From the NCBI GenBank assembly GCA_038230095.1, contig JBBRNT010000002.1, positions 37,341-101,340 of the forward strand: 64,000 bases of DNA, in the 5' to 3' direction. Under the pieces are notes generated by a model. That model was not told where the DNA came from and did no database searches. It saw nothing but the letters and a program-made list of their open reading frames with translations. The translations under genes and the position numbers were made by a program. Source of the DNA: Candidatus Saccharimonadia bacterium. GTDB lineage: Bacteria; Patescibacteriota; Saccharimonadia; UBA4664; JBBRNT01. This document shows positions 38,911 to 48,479 of this stretch, piece by piece; positions within the stretch are counted from its first letter, which is position 1; every line of letters starts with the position of its first letter.

Positions 38911-39881
38911 CTGAGCCCTCAACAACAGCACAGCACATGGCGGCGCTCATTGACGGTCTAATCGACCGTGAGCCCGAGCCGGCTGCACCACGTACCCCCC
39001 GTTCTCGCAAGAGGACGCCGGCGCGTGCTGCACCTGGAGCGGTACCCCCTGCTCCTGGTACGACCGTCCCTGTGACGGCCCCGGCCAAGGGTGGAGGCAG
39101 CCTGCCGCCATTGCCCCCGGTACCAACCTGGGTGTCGCGTAACCTCTCACCAGGTTCTGCGGCGCCTCTGGCACCACCTTCAGTGGCGGCTCCGGCCCCC
39201 ACTGCGTCCACGCCGGTTCCTCCGGCACCCCCCGTCGTGGGGCCCACGACGCCGCCGCCGGCACCTGTGCCGGCACCACCGGCGCCGCCGGTACTACCCA
39301 CACCCACAACCCCGCCGGCACCGCCGGCACCTTCCACTGGAGGAATTGACATGACCATGACCGCAGACGAGTACGCAGCCGCCCGAACCAAGTCGGCTCT
39401 GGATACTCACAAGGCACTGGCCAAGCTGGCCGAAGATGACGCGAAGGCACGGGCCAAGAAGATCGATAAGCGCCGCAAGGAGCTCAACACGATCCTCGAG
39501 GCCGCCGGCATCACTGACGCTGCGGATCGCAAGACCCGCATCGACGCGATGATCGCGAACGAGTTCCCGGCGGTCGCTTCGGCGGCTCCGGGAACCCCAC
39601 TGCCCCCGCCCGTCGCGCCGGCCGCAACCGCGGTCGCCGGCGAGGTGGTCCGTTTCGAGACCGCGTCCCACAAGGGCGTGGTCCGGGGAACGGACATTGT
39701 CATCAGCAACAAGCCGGCAACTGGCGCGCCCACTGTCCACCAGGTCACCCTGGAGGCTTGGGATGCGGCAGTGGCCAAGGCTGGCAGCGTCGATGTGGTG
39801 GCCGCTCAGGTCATCACTACCGGCGTGCTGTCGGCACCGAAGTCCAAGTCCATCCTGTCGCTCTTGCAGCGCAACGACTAG
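38907..39881 (+). CDS. Hypothetical proline-rich protein (324 aa)
   Basis: ATGA overlap with the preceding ORF. Long PAPP/PTTPP low-complexity region, then a charged helical segment and a globular C-terminus. Confidence 0.55.
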   Translation: MTEPSTTAQHMAALIDGLIDREPEPAAPRTPRSRKRTPARAAPGAVPPAPGTTVPVTAPAKGGGSLPPLPPVPTWVSRNLSPGSAAPLAPPSVAAPAPTASTPVPPAPPVVGPTTPPPAPVPAPPAPPVLPTPTTPPAPPAPSTGGIDMTMTADEYAAARTKSALDTHKALAKLAEDDAKARAKKIDKRRKELNTILEAAGITDAADRKTRIDAMIANEFPAVASAAPGTPLPPPVAPAATAVAGEVVRFETASHKGVVRGTDIVISNKPATGAPTVHQVTLEAWDAAVAKAGSVDVVAAQVITTGVLSAPKSKSILSLLQRND

Positions 39882-39908
39882 GCCTAAGGGCCGGAAGGAG
39901 AGTGCACT

Positions 39909-41597
39909 GTGCATACAGTGCTACACATGATCCTCGGCCTCGTGAGCATCGTCATCGTGTGGGTTTTCGCCAAGGTAGCAGCCAAGCTGTTCACCATCCA
40001 GGCGAGGCCCCCACGAGCGGCGAGTGTCTCAGGGTCCGGTATTGCCACAGCGGCCGCCCTCGGGTGGTCGCTGTCCCGGCACTTCGTGCTGCGGAACAAC
40101 AGGTGGTTCATCTTCCGTCCGCTGTCACTGGGATGGGTCTGGGTGATCTTGATTATCTTCCTCGTAACGTACTTCCTCTGGAGGTTCTTGCGGATCAGGG
40201 AAGTGGTCCTGGCCATCCTGGCCATCCTGGCGGTGTTCCTCTCGGTCTGGGTCCAGCATGGATCCTGGTCGGGTACGAACGCCGGTAAGGTGGACAGCTA
40301 CAAGCTGGACGAGTCCAAGCACGACTTCATCCCCAAGCAGTTGGGGGTCGCGCAGAAGGCTTGTCCACTGGGCAGTTCTGTGATCCACACCTATGTGGAT
40401 GGTTCGGTGGTGTGTCGACCTGACGCGCAACCGGCCGCCACGGTGGTTACCACCCCGGCAACGGAACCGGCAACGACCGGCTCGGAGGCTACTACAGCTC
40501 CGGGCGACACGGCGCCGCCGGCCACCGATGCGGCAACAACGAGTACGGACCCAGCGACAGCCGCGGCCGATCCCTCTGGGGATACGACCGCGGTGTTGAT
40601 CAACGGGGACTACACGGTGTTGCCGGTGGTAACGGGGGGAGACCCCCTGAATCCGGTAGTCCTGGCCACTTCCACCCCGGCAGCGCCGGCGGTTTTGGCC
40701 AAGACGCCCACCTGGGCAGCAATGCAGGCTTTGGCACTCCAGCCCGAGCAGCAGCCATGGTACCCCGACTGTGTGGCGAAAGTCACCGGCTGGACCATGG
40801 AAAACCAGGTGAAGCAGAACGTGGCGCTGGAAACGCCGGCCCAGGGCAGCAATGGAACCGCACTCTGGTTCATCGTGGCCAACAGCGTGGACTCCAAAGT
40901 GACCGATGCCGATATACGGGCATGGGTGACGGCGGGGAACATCTACGCCAAGGACCTGGTGGACAAGATGCCCATCGTGCGCAAGGATGGTGTGCTCAAC
41001 ACACGCCATTCGCACGTGGGCGGCGACAACCGCTGCGAACGCTTCATTGACCGGACCCCCACCATTCAGGTTGGTCTGACGTCCCCCGTGGACTACGCCG
41101 ACCTGAGCAAAGGGCTCGACTTCACGAAGTGGATCAACGTGGGCTGTGGAAACCCTGGCACGGACATCCCGCCGCCAGCGCCCAACCCCACGCCGACCAC
41201 GCAGCCACCGGGGCCACACCCGACAACGCCGCCGCCCGTGGTGACCACCGTTCCTCCCGGAACGACCACCCCGCCAGCGACGACGTTGCCACCAGTGACC
41301 ACGGTGCCCCCCGGCTCCACCCTGCCACCCGCCACTACCGTCCCAGGTAAGGACTCCTCACAGAGCCCCCCTGCTGGTACGGGAAATGGTGGCCTAGGGG
41401 GAGGTGGTGGTGGCCCTACTGGCACCACCACCCCGAGGACAGACCCACCGGTACCCCTGCCGATGCCCTCGGTTCCGCCTCCACCACCTGCGGTCACCGC
41501 ACCGGGTGAGCCTCAGGCTCCGCCCCCTGCGACGGCACCCCCAGAAACCGTCCCCGCCGCACCCAGCGACGGTACGGTTCCGCCGCCGCGGATCTAA
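39909..41597 (+). CDS. Hypothetical membrane-anchored protein with Pro/Thr-rich linkers (562 aa)
   Basis: Three or four N-terminal TM helices, Thr/Pro-rich linkers, a Cys-containing central domain, and C-terminal TTVPPGTTTPP tandem peptide repeats. Same high-GC3 composition. Confidence 0.55.
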   Translation: MHTVLHMILGLVSIVIVWVFAKVAAKLFTIQARPPRAASVSGSGIATAAALGWSLSRHFVLRNNRWFIFRPLSLGWVWVILIIFLVTYFLWRFLRIREVVLAILAILAVFLSVWVQHGSWSGTNAGKVDSYKLDESKHDFIPKQLGVAQKACPLGSSVIHTYVDGSVVCRPDAQPAATVVTTPATEPATTGSEATTAPGDTAPPATDAATTSTDPATAAADPSGDTTAVLINGDYTVLPVVTGGDPLNPVVLATSTPAAPAVLAKTPTWAAMQALALQPEQQPWYPDCVAKVTGWTMENQVKQNVALETPAQGSNGTALWFIVANSVDSKVTDADIRAWVTAGNIYAKDLVDKMPIVRKDGVLNTRHSHVGGDNRCERFIDRTPTIQVGLTSPVDYADLSKGLDFTKWINVGCGNPGTDIPPPAPNPTPTTQPPGPHPTTPPPVVTTVPPGTTTPPATTLPPVTTVPPGSTLPPATTVPGKDSSQSPPAGTGNGGLGGGGGGPTGTTTPRTDPPVPLPMPSVPPPPPAVTAPGEPQAPPPATAPPETVPAAPSDGTVPPPRI

Positions 41598-41873
41598 CCT
41601 CCTCCTGGCCCCGCGCCAGGAGATGAAGTTCACGGTAGCGGGAAGGTAGCAATACCTTCCCGCCCGTGGACTAACACCCTTCATTATTTGTGCGCATAGA
41701 CTATCCGATTTACCGCGAAACGCCACACGACGCGTACATTGAAAAGCCGAGACCCCGCCCTCACACAAGCCACATTTACACTTTGAGTGCTTTGAATACA
41801 TTAATTGTGCGAATCAATGTCCGTGTATCTTACAAATGTCCATTAACTGCCCGCAAAACTAAGGAGAATTTCT

Positions 41874-43421
41874 ATGAAAACATCCCTCGTTAAGCGTATT
41901 GGCGCTGCAATTGCAGTCGTCATGGTAGGTCTTATTCCAGTCGCTTCAGCCTTGGCTGTTAGCACCTGGGGTCCAGACCGCCCAGCGCTTCACTACATAA
42001 AGGGCCAGCCTGGTGCTGACCATGTTGTGTTTAACTCGTTTGTAGACACCGATGTCTACGGAAACGAACGCACATTCTTTGACGGCAAGACCGACAACCT
42101 GACCACCGACGGTGGCTTCAAGGACTCGATCGATGTCGTTGGTAAGGACGAAGCTCTCGTCCGTATCTACATTCACAATAACGCTGACTCGAGCCTGAAT
42201 GGTGCCGACCTCAAGGGTGCTGGCGTCTCGAAGGACACAAGCGTTCGTGTTGCCCTGCCTAATACATTTGGCCGTTCAGCTGTTGCCAATGCCTTTATCG
42301 GCTCTAGCAACGCTACTCCCAAAGTAGTTTTTGATTCGCTCGATTTCGTAACCTCGGGTGCTCAGGGCTTTAGCCTGAGCTATGAGGCTGGTTCTGCTCG
42401 CATCTTCAACAATGCGACCAAGACAAGCCCAACCGTAAACCCCGGCCGCCAGCTGGATGACACTATCGTCACCACCGGCGCTCCAATTGGGTACGACAAG
42501 AACGATGGCAACTGGCCTGGTTGCTTCGAGTACTCTGGTTATGTAACTCTCAAAGTGAAAATCAATCCACCAACCTTTACCTTTGATAAGGTAGTTGGCG
42601 TAACTGGCTCTGGTCACACTCAAAAAGAGCTGACCGGCGTCCAGTCTGGTGATACTGTGTCTTGGGTTCTGAACTACCAGAACAAGACCGGTGGTACTGT
42701 TACTGGCCTGCATCTTCGTGATCAGTTGCCAGCAAATGTCACCGTGGTTCCTGGCTCAGTAATGCTGACCGACGCAGCTCATGCTGGTGGTCTCAAACTG
42801 AGCGATACTGGTCTGTTCTCGACCGGTGGCGTGGATATTCTCGGAACTTACACGAATGGTTCAAATGGCTATATTGTCTACAAAACCAAGGTGAATACCA
42901 CCCTGCGCTGTGGCGATACACCACTAACCAACAACGCTTGGATCAAGTCTGAAGGTATCAATGAGATGAACTCGTGGGCTCGCATTACGACGTCTAACAC
43001 TTGTGTTAACACCGTAACCTGCGTCAAGCTCGACCAGTCTCAAGACAAGACGAACACCAATAAGTGGACCTATACTGCCACTGCTTCGTCTAGCAACACA
43101 ACTATCACCAACTACCTGTGGCAATTTGCCGATGGTAAGACGGCCGATACTGGTACCAACCCAACCGCTGTTCACGAGTATGCTACTGGCGCAAGCCTGA
43201 CGACCCCCATAAAGGTGTCTGTTAAGACTGCTGATGGCAAAGTTGTGACGAGCCCTGAGTGTGCAAAGACCCTGACAACTACACCTTCACTGCCAGACAC
43301 TGGCGCCGAAGGTCTAGCAACTGGCGTACTTGGCACTGGTGCTCTCGGTTACAGCCTGAACGCTTATCTCCGCTCTAAGCGCGGCCTTATGGCTGCTCTA
43401 CGCGGCGTGATCAAGGGCTAA
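41874..43421 (+). CDS. LPXTG-anchored cell-surface protein with a PKD-like domain
   Basis: Signal peptide. C-terminal LPDTG + hydrophobic segment + RSKRG tail (sortase sorting signal). W.FADGKT...H.Y PKD-like signature. Codon usage (GGT/GCT/CGT/GTT) resembles the ribosomal protein genes in this window. SD AAGGAGAA. Confidence 0.75.
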   Translation: MKTSLVKRIGAAIAVVMVGLIPVASALAVSTWGPDRPALHYIKGQPGADHVVFNSFVDTDVYGNERTFFDGKTDNLTTDGGFKDSIDVVGKDEALVRIYIHNNADSSLNGADLKGAGVSKDTSVRVALPNTFGRSAVANAFIGSSNATPKVVFDSLDFVTSGAQGFSLSYEAGSARIFNNATKTSPTVNPGRQLDDTIVTTGAPIGYDKNDGNWPGCFEYSGYVTLKVKINPPTFTFDKVVGVTGSGHTQKELTGVQSGDTVSWVLNYQNKTGGTVTGLHLRDQLPANVTVVPGSVMLTDAAHAGGLKLSDTGLFSTGGVDILGTYTNGSNGYIVYKTKVNTTLRCGDTPLTNNAWIKSEGINEMNSWARITTSNTCVNTVTCVKLDQSQDKTNTNKWTYTATASSSNTTITNYLWQFADGKTADTGTNPTAVHEYATGASLTTPIKVSVKTADGKVVTSPECAKTLTTTPSLPDTGAEGLATGVLGTGALGYSLNAYLRSKRGLMAALRGVIKG

Positions 43422-43503
43422 GCTGATCCGCTCTGCCTCCGGTAACGGGCCTTCGGGCCCGTTACTAATTGGCGCTTGTCGCACTCGGCCTCTGGGCCTT
43501 GTA

Positions 43504-43531
43504 AGACGGCCTAAAAAACACCTCTTCGGAG
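43504..43531. terminator. Bidirectional rho-independent terminator
   Basis: aaaaaacacctc-ttcg-gaggtgtttttt. A second hairpin lies upstream at 43441-43466. Confidence 0.6.
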
Positions 43532-43581
43532 GTGTTTTTTAGTTCCCCGGAAATTGCCACTAGCCTGGTATAATAGGGCTA

Positions 43582-44670
43582 ATGCAGTCAGATATTATCC
43601 AACTAGAAAGTCTCTCCGCGCGAGTCGGTGACGCTATGGTAAAGCTCGGCGTACCGGCCGACGAGACCCACCTGGCCGAGCTAGACCTGGCTATGGCGGC
43701 GCCAGAATTCTGGAACGACGCCGCGGCCGCTAGTGCAATGTCTAAGCAGGCGGCAGCATTGCGGCGGCAGGTAGACGAGTGGCGCGGCTTGCAGACAATT
43801 ATCCGCGAGACGCTGGAGCTGGCACAGCTAGGGGACGCCACCCTAGCCGCCGACATTGCCAGAACTACAGCCGAGCTAGTGGCGCGGTTTGGCGCCAAAG
43901 AGTTTGAGCTAAAGCTGTCTGGGCCCTACGACAAGAACACTGCCCTCCTTTCAATATTTGCCGGCACCGGTGGCACAGATGCTCAGGATTGGGCGGAAAT
44001 GCTGGAACGCATGTACCTGCGCTGGTGTGAGAACAACGGCTTTACGGCCGACATTCTGGACCGCTCCGCTGGTGAAGAGGCCGGACTAAAGAGCGTGACC
44101 ATAGAGATTGCTGGCCCATTTGCCTACGGCAAGCTGAAGAGCGAGAAGGGGGTACACCGCCTGGTGCGCCTGAGCCCATTCAATTCTGATAACCTCCGCC
44201 AGACCTCATTTGCGCTGGTTGACGTGGTGCCGGTGATAGAGCAAAGTGCCGAGCTGGCGATTGATCCAAAGGACTTACGAATAGACGTCTATCGCTCTGG
44301 GGGCAACGGTGGGCAGTCGGTGAACACTACCGACTCTGCGGTACGCATAACCCACTTGCCGACGGGGTTGGTGGTGGCTATTCAGAATGAACGGTCGCAG
44401 CTCCAGAACAAAGAGAAGGCCATGACTATCTTGCGCGCTCGCTTAGCTCTGCTCATGGAAGAGCAGCATAAGGAGACGCTGTCGGAAATACGTGGAGCGA
44501 CGCAGTCGGCGGAGTGGGGCAGTCAGATACGCTCATACGTATTGCACCCGTATACCATGGTAAAAGACCATCGGACAGGCAGCGAGACAGCTCAGGCGCT
44601 GAAAGTACTGGACGGTGAGATTGATCAGTTTATCGAGGCCTACCTGGCCGGACAGATTGGCCAGGGGTAG
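43582..44670 (+). CDS. prfB: Peptide chain release factor 2 (single frame, no programmed frameshift)
   Basis: SPF tripeptide (RLSPFNS) and GGQ ([18 protein letters not shown]). Full-length N-terminus in one frame. Extended -10 TGgTATAAT at 43566-43574 lies only 7 nt before the ATG, so the mRNA is probably leaderless. Confidence 0.9.
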   Translation: MQSDIIQLESLSARVGDAMVKLGVPADETHLAELDLAMAAPEFWNDAAAASAMSKQAAALRRQVDEWRGLQTIIRETLELAQLGDATLAADIARTTAELVARFGAKEFELKLSGPYDKNTALLSIFAGTGGTDAQDWAEMLERMYLRWCENNGFTADILDRSAGEEAGLKSVTIEIAGPFAYGKLKSEKGVHRLVRLSPFNSDNLRQTSFALVDVVPVIEQSAELAIDPKDLRIDVYRSGGNGGQSVNTTDSAVRITHLPTGLVVAIQNERSQLQNKEKAMTILRARLALLMEEQHKETLSEIRGATQSAEWGSQIRSYVLHPYTMVKDHRTGSETAQALKVLDGEIDQFIEAYLAGQIGQG

Positions 44671-44727
44671 GGCAAGATTGACAGCCACTATAGCCATGCT
44701 AGAGTAGGTACGAACAAGTAGGGGTGG

Positions 44728-45825
44728 ATGAGGGTAACTAGGTGTATACAGTCACGGTGGCGCTACCGGCTCATGATGGGGTTGGTAGCTGTTGTGTGTC
44801 TGGGGGCTTTTCGCCCGGCAAGCATCCGGGCGGATCAGGCCAGCGACCTGCGCGGGAAGCTAGGCAGTACTAGCGACCAGATAACTGGTCTACAGACGCA
44901 GGCCGATGGTGCGGCTGACCATGCCGCAACGCTGGCCGGCCAGCTAGCTATAATGCAGACACAGGCTACCAAGCTGGCGGCAGACATTGCCAATACCGAC
45001 ACCCAGATAGCCGGTGTAAGTGTGCACTTAGCCCAACTCGAGACAGCTATGGCCACCAAGCAGGCTGAGCTACGTAGCCAGCTCCGGCAGCAATACTATC
45101 TGGAAAACACCAGTCTCCTGGAACTGCTAGCTACCAGCGACAACCTGGGCGAGTTCGTGGATCGTCGGGAGTATTTGGAGTCCGCAAGCGCCCGTATGAA
45201 GGACTTGTTGTCCGATATTCTGTCCGCAAAAAAGATCGTGGCAGCAGAGCAGCAACGGCTGACCGAGCTACAAGCGAGCCTAGTGGGGGCCAAGGCTACA
45301 CTGGCTAATCAACAGCAGATTACCCGTGATCTGCTAACCAAAACCAAGGGCGAGGAGGTCAACTACCGAGCGCTCTTACGGCAGGCCGAAGTAGCGCGCA
45401 ATGAGCTGGCTCAGCAATTGCTCAACCTTTCTGGCTCGGGCCTGAGGAGCCAAGGGTATGTCAACCAAGGGCAGATTATTGGTCACGAGGGCTCGACTGG
45501 GTTCTCTACCGGCGCGCACGTGCACTTCGGCGTGTATGTGAACCGGCAGGCGGTGAATGGGCTGCCGTACATGCAAAAGGGTCAGTTTATCTGGCCTCTG
45601 ACCGACTTCCAGGTGACCCAAGGCTACGGCCCGGCCAACTGGAGTAATTCGGTGTACAGCTTTCATGACGGCATAGATATTAGCGGGCCATATGGCGAAC
45701 CAGTACATGCGGCAGCCAGCGGCAACATAATTGTGAATGACTTCCAGGCAAATGGGTTTGGGCACTATATAATCATCGACCACGGCAGCGGACTGTGGAC
45801 GCTCTACGGCCACATGCAGCAGTAG
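44728..45825 (+). CDS. Coiled-coil M23 (LytM-type) peptidoglycan endopeptidase, EnvC-like; M23 motifs in swapped order
   Basis: N-terminal signal/TM, ~200-aa coiled coil, then GHEGSTGFSTGAHVHF (normally the C-terminal M23 motif), then FHDGIDI...GHYIIIDHGSGLWTLYGHM (normally the N-terminal HxxxD and HxH motifs), then the stop. Confidence 0.8.
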   Translation: MRVTRCIQSRWRYRLMMGLVAVVCLGAFRPASIRADQASDLRGKLGSTSDQITGLQTQADGAADHAATLAGQLAIMQTQATKLAADIANTDTQIAGVSVHLAQLETAMATKQAELRSQLRQQYYLENTSLLELLATSDNLGEFVDRREYLESASARMKDLLSDILSAKKIVAAEQQRLTELQASLVGAKATLANQQQITRDLLTKTKGEEVNYRALLRQAEVARNELAQQLLNLSGSGLRSQGYVNQGQIIGHEGSTGFSTGAHVHFGVYVNRQAVNGLPYMQKGQFIWPLTDFQVTQGYGPANWSNSVYSFHDGIDISGPYGEPVHAAASGNIIVNDFQANGFGHYIIIDHGSGLWTLYGHMQQ

Positions 45826-45925
45826 CGGGCACAAGTGACGTCCCATCCTGCTGCAATACCAGCCTGCGCTACACATTCACCGTACTAGCTAGCAGAAGTA
45901 GCGAGGGATTTGGAGGTCATGTAGA

Positions 45926-46684
45926 ATGGCAGCTATGCAAACTCCGCCGCCACTCACCACACCGCTAAAGATAATGTGGTGGAATATGCACTTTACCTCC
46001 TTTGCGCGAGATAACACCTACGCTATTGCGGCGATAGCGCGGGGTGGTATGCCTGACATTATTTGTTTACAAGAATATGTGACGGGTGCGGATGACCGGC
46101 TCAAGCGTTGGCTAGAAGAGCAGGGCTATCAGCTGTACTTTCTGGACTTTTCCAGTCGAGGCACACTGAAGCAGGGGGTAATGACGGCGGTACGGCGTGG
46201 TCTAGCGCACCATGCCAAGACGCACGTGCTACGCGAGGATGCACCGATGCGGTTCCGGGCGTTTCAGAACCGTCGCGGGCTAGTGGAGGTGGCGGTAGTG
46301 CTCGGCGGTCGGAAGGTAAGCATTATGAACGTGCACCTAACGTATCCGCGGCCGCATACCCGCCCAATGCGGCTACGGGAGTTTGATGTGCTACGCGGGC
46401 TACTAGATAGCAAATTCAAGGATACGGCTTGGCTGCTAGGTGGCGACTTTAATTTCTTTGCGCGCGACGGCCGCCGCACCTACTTGACCACGACCTACCA
46501 AGCCTTTAGTGGTGGGCTATTTCGCAAAACTTGGCGCCCGATTGGCCGCTACAATCCCGTAGGATCAAACCTGGATTATGTGTTTTGGCACGGTCTGGAG
46601 GCCTCGCCGCGCTTCGCGTTGGAGCCATTTAACCGGAGCGACCACCGGCCGATGGTGGCCTGGCTGGATCTGCCGCTTACCTAG
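45926..46684 (+). CDS. Endonuclease/exonuclease/phosphatase (EEP) family protein
   Basis: EEP motifs (ICLQE, GGDFNF, SDHRPM). Confidence 0.7.
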   Translation: MAAMQTPPPLTTPLKIMWWNMHFTSFARDNTYAIAAIARGGMPDIICLQEYVTGADDRLKRWLEEQGYQLYFLDFSSRGTLKQGVMTAVRRGLAHHAKTHVLREDAPMRFRAFQNRRGLVEVAVVLGGRKVSIMNVHLTYPRPHTRPMRLREFDVLRGLLDSKFKDTAWLLGGDFNFFARDGRRTYLTTTYQAFSGGLFRKTWRPIGRYNPVGSNLDYVFWHGLEASPRFALEPFNRSDHRPMVAWLDLPLT

Positions 46685-46723
46685 CTCGCTCGGTATGCCT
46701 ATCTCGATCTATGGTAGAATAGA

Positions 46724-47407
46724 TTGGTGATTTTGTTTGATCGAGTAACCAAAACCTATGCCAACCAGAGCGTCGCGCTGTCTGGTTTGAATTTGCATAT
46801 CCAGCCGAAGGAGTTTGTGACTATCGTGGGCTCGAGTGGGGCTGGTAAGTCGACTCTGATCAAGCTACTGACGCGCGAGGAAGTGCAGACATCCGGCAAG
46901 ATTATTGTTGGTGGCGTGGACTACGACACTATTACCGCTGCACATGTGCCGTACCTGCGCCGCCGTATTGGGGTGGTATTCCAGGACTTTAAGCTGCTTC
47001 CCGGCAGAAACGTGTTCGAGAATGTGGCCTTTGCGCTTGAAGTGAGCGGCGTGAGCGGCCGCGAGATTAAGAAGAGCGTGCCCAAGGTACTCCAGCTGGT
47101 GGGCCTTTCCACGAAGGGCAAGAACTTCCCAAGCGAGCTTTCTGGTGGAGAGCGACAGCGCGTGGCGATTGCGCGCGCCTTGGTGCGCCAACCGAAGATC
47201 CTGATTGCGGATGAGCCCACTGGTAATCTAGACCCCAAGAACGCTTGGGAGATCATAGAGCTATTGCTCAAGATTAATCGCTATGGCACCACAGTGCTCC
47301 TGACGACTCACAATAAAGAGATTGTGAACGCGCTAAAGCGCCGGGTTATTACTATTAATCGGGGAAGAATAGTAAAGGACGAAGAGCAGGGGAGATACGC
47401 CCTATGA
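46724..47407 (+). CDS. ftsE: Cell-division ABC ATPase FtsE
   Basis: Walker A GSSGAGKST, ABC signature LSGGERQR, Walker B ILIADEP. ~227 aa FtsE-type. Confidence 0.9.
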   Translation: MVILFDRVTKTYANQSVALSGLNLHIQPKEFVTIVGSSGAGKSTLIKLLTREEVQTSGKIIVGGVDYDTITAAHVPYLRRRIGVVFQDFKLLPGRNVFENVAFALEVSGVSGREIKKSVPKVLQLVGLSTKGKNFPSELSGGERQRVAIARALVRQPKILIADEPTGNLDPKNAWEIIELLLKINRYGTTVLLTTHNKEIVNALKRRVITINRGRIVKDEEQGRYAL

Positions 47408-47531
47408 TGAGGACACTGGCCGGCACAGTTCGCCGTCGCTTCCATCAAAACGCCCTCACCGTACCAGCTCGTATGGCTCGCTTGCGTTTATTGCCACTTC
47501 TCGAAATGCATTCGGCCAGCGTCCACACCCG

Positions 47532-48449
47532 ATGGGGGAAGGCATGATTACTCTCTGGCGCATACTAGTTTCCGGCCTGCGGAACTTCCGTCGAAATGCC
47601 TGGCTGTCCACGGCAGCTACGGCGGTGATGACCGTGACACTCACGGTGATCCTGGTGTCGTTTATTACTACTGCCGCTCTGTCCCAGGCAGTAAAGTCCA
47701 TCGTGAACCGCATAGATGTACAGATATACCTGAAAGACACCATTACTCTCGACCAGACAAATGCTCTGCGGGCGACGTTGGAGGGGCTCGGCAATGTGTC
47801 GTCGGTCTCCTATGTGTCGAAGGCCGATGCGCTTAAGCGCTTCCGTGGGCAGTTTAGTGGTGACCAAACCATTCTGGATGCTGTAAGCGACCAGGACAAT
47901 GCGCTGCCGGCCTCATTTGAGATTAAGGTCATTGACGCCAAGAAGCTGGATCCGATTGCGGCCGTGGTAGCGAGCGATACATTTAAGCCCCTGATCGAGA
48001 ACTTTAGCTACAAAGACAGCCGCAAAGCCGCCATTGATAAGATCGTCCGTGTTAGTAACTTTCTGAAAACAGTGGGTATAGCAGCGTCTGTACTATTTGT
48101 ATTCATTTCGATTATGATTATCTTCAATACCATCCGCATGGCTATATTCACCCGGCGCGAGGAGATAGAAATAATGAAGCTGGTGGGTGCCACCAACTGG
48201 TTTATCCGAGGGCCGTTTATCATGGAAGCGATGCTGTACGGTGTGATTGCGGCCGTGCTGGCAGTAGGCTTGTGCTACGTTATGCTACTGGTAGGTGGTC
48301 CGCGGCTCGTGAGCTACATAGACGTGAGCGCCACCATCCACGCGTTCAAATCTGACGCATTACTGGTGACGCTCGGCGAGCTGGCGATTGGCCTGGTGAT
48401 TGGTGCCACTTCGAGCGTTATGGCTATGACACGGTACCTGAAGCTCTAG
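47532..48449 (+). CDS. ftsX: Cell-division permease-like protein FtsX
   Basis: One TM, a large extracellular domain, then three TM helices (FtsX topology). Adjacent to ftsE. Confidence 0.85.
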   Translation: MGEGMITLWRILVSGLRNFRRNAWLSTAATAVMTVTLTVILVSFITTAALSQAVKSIVNRIDVQIYLKDTITLDQTNALRATLEGLGNVSSVSYVSKADALKRFRGQFSGDQTILDAVSDQDNALPASFEIKVIDAKKLDPIAAVVASDTFKPLIENFSYKDSRKAAIDKIVRVSNFLKTVGIAASVLFVFISIMIIFNTIRMAIFTRREEIEIMKLVGATNWFIRGPFIMEAMLYGVIAAVLAVGLCYVMLLVGGPRLVSYIDVSATIHAFKSDALLVTLGELAIGLVIGATSSVMAMTRYLKL

Positions 48450-48479
48450 GTAGCTCAGGCGCTTTTCAGGATAAGCGGT

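Noticed and set aside
38940-39350. Direct repeats in the 39.0-39.3 kb and 41.15-41.6 kb regions that might be taken for CRISPR or VNTR arrays
   Set aside because: They are in-frame Pro/Thr/Ala codon repeats (ccgccggcaccg...) inside coding sequences. They have no regular spacer-repeat periodicity and no cas genes.
43582-43700. Programmed +1 frameshift site in prfB
   Set aside because: The complete RF2 N-terminus (46 residues before the PEFWND block) is in one uninterrupted frame, and no in-frame TGA occurs.
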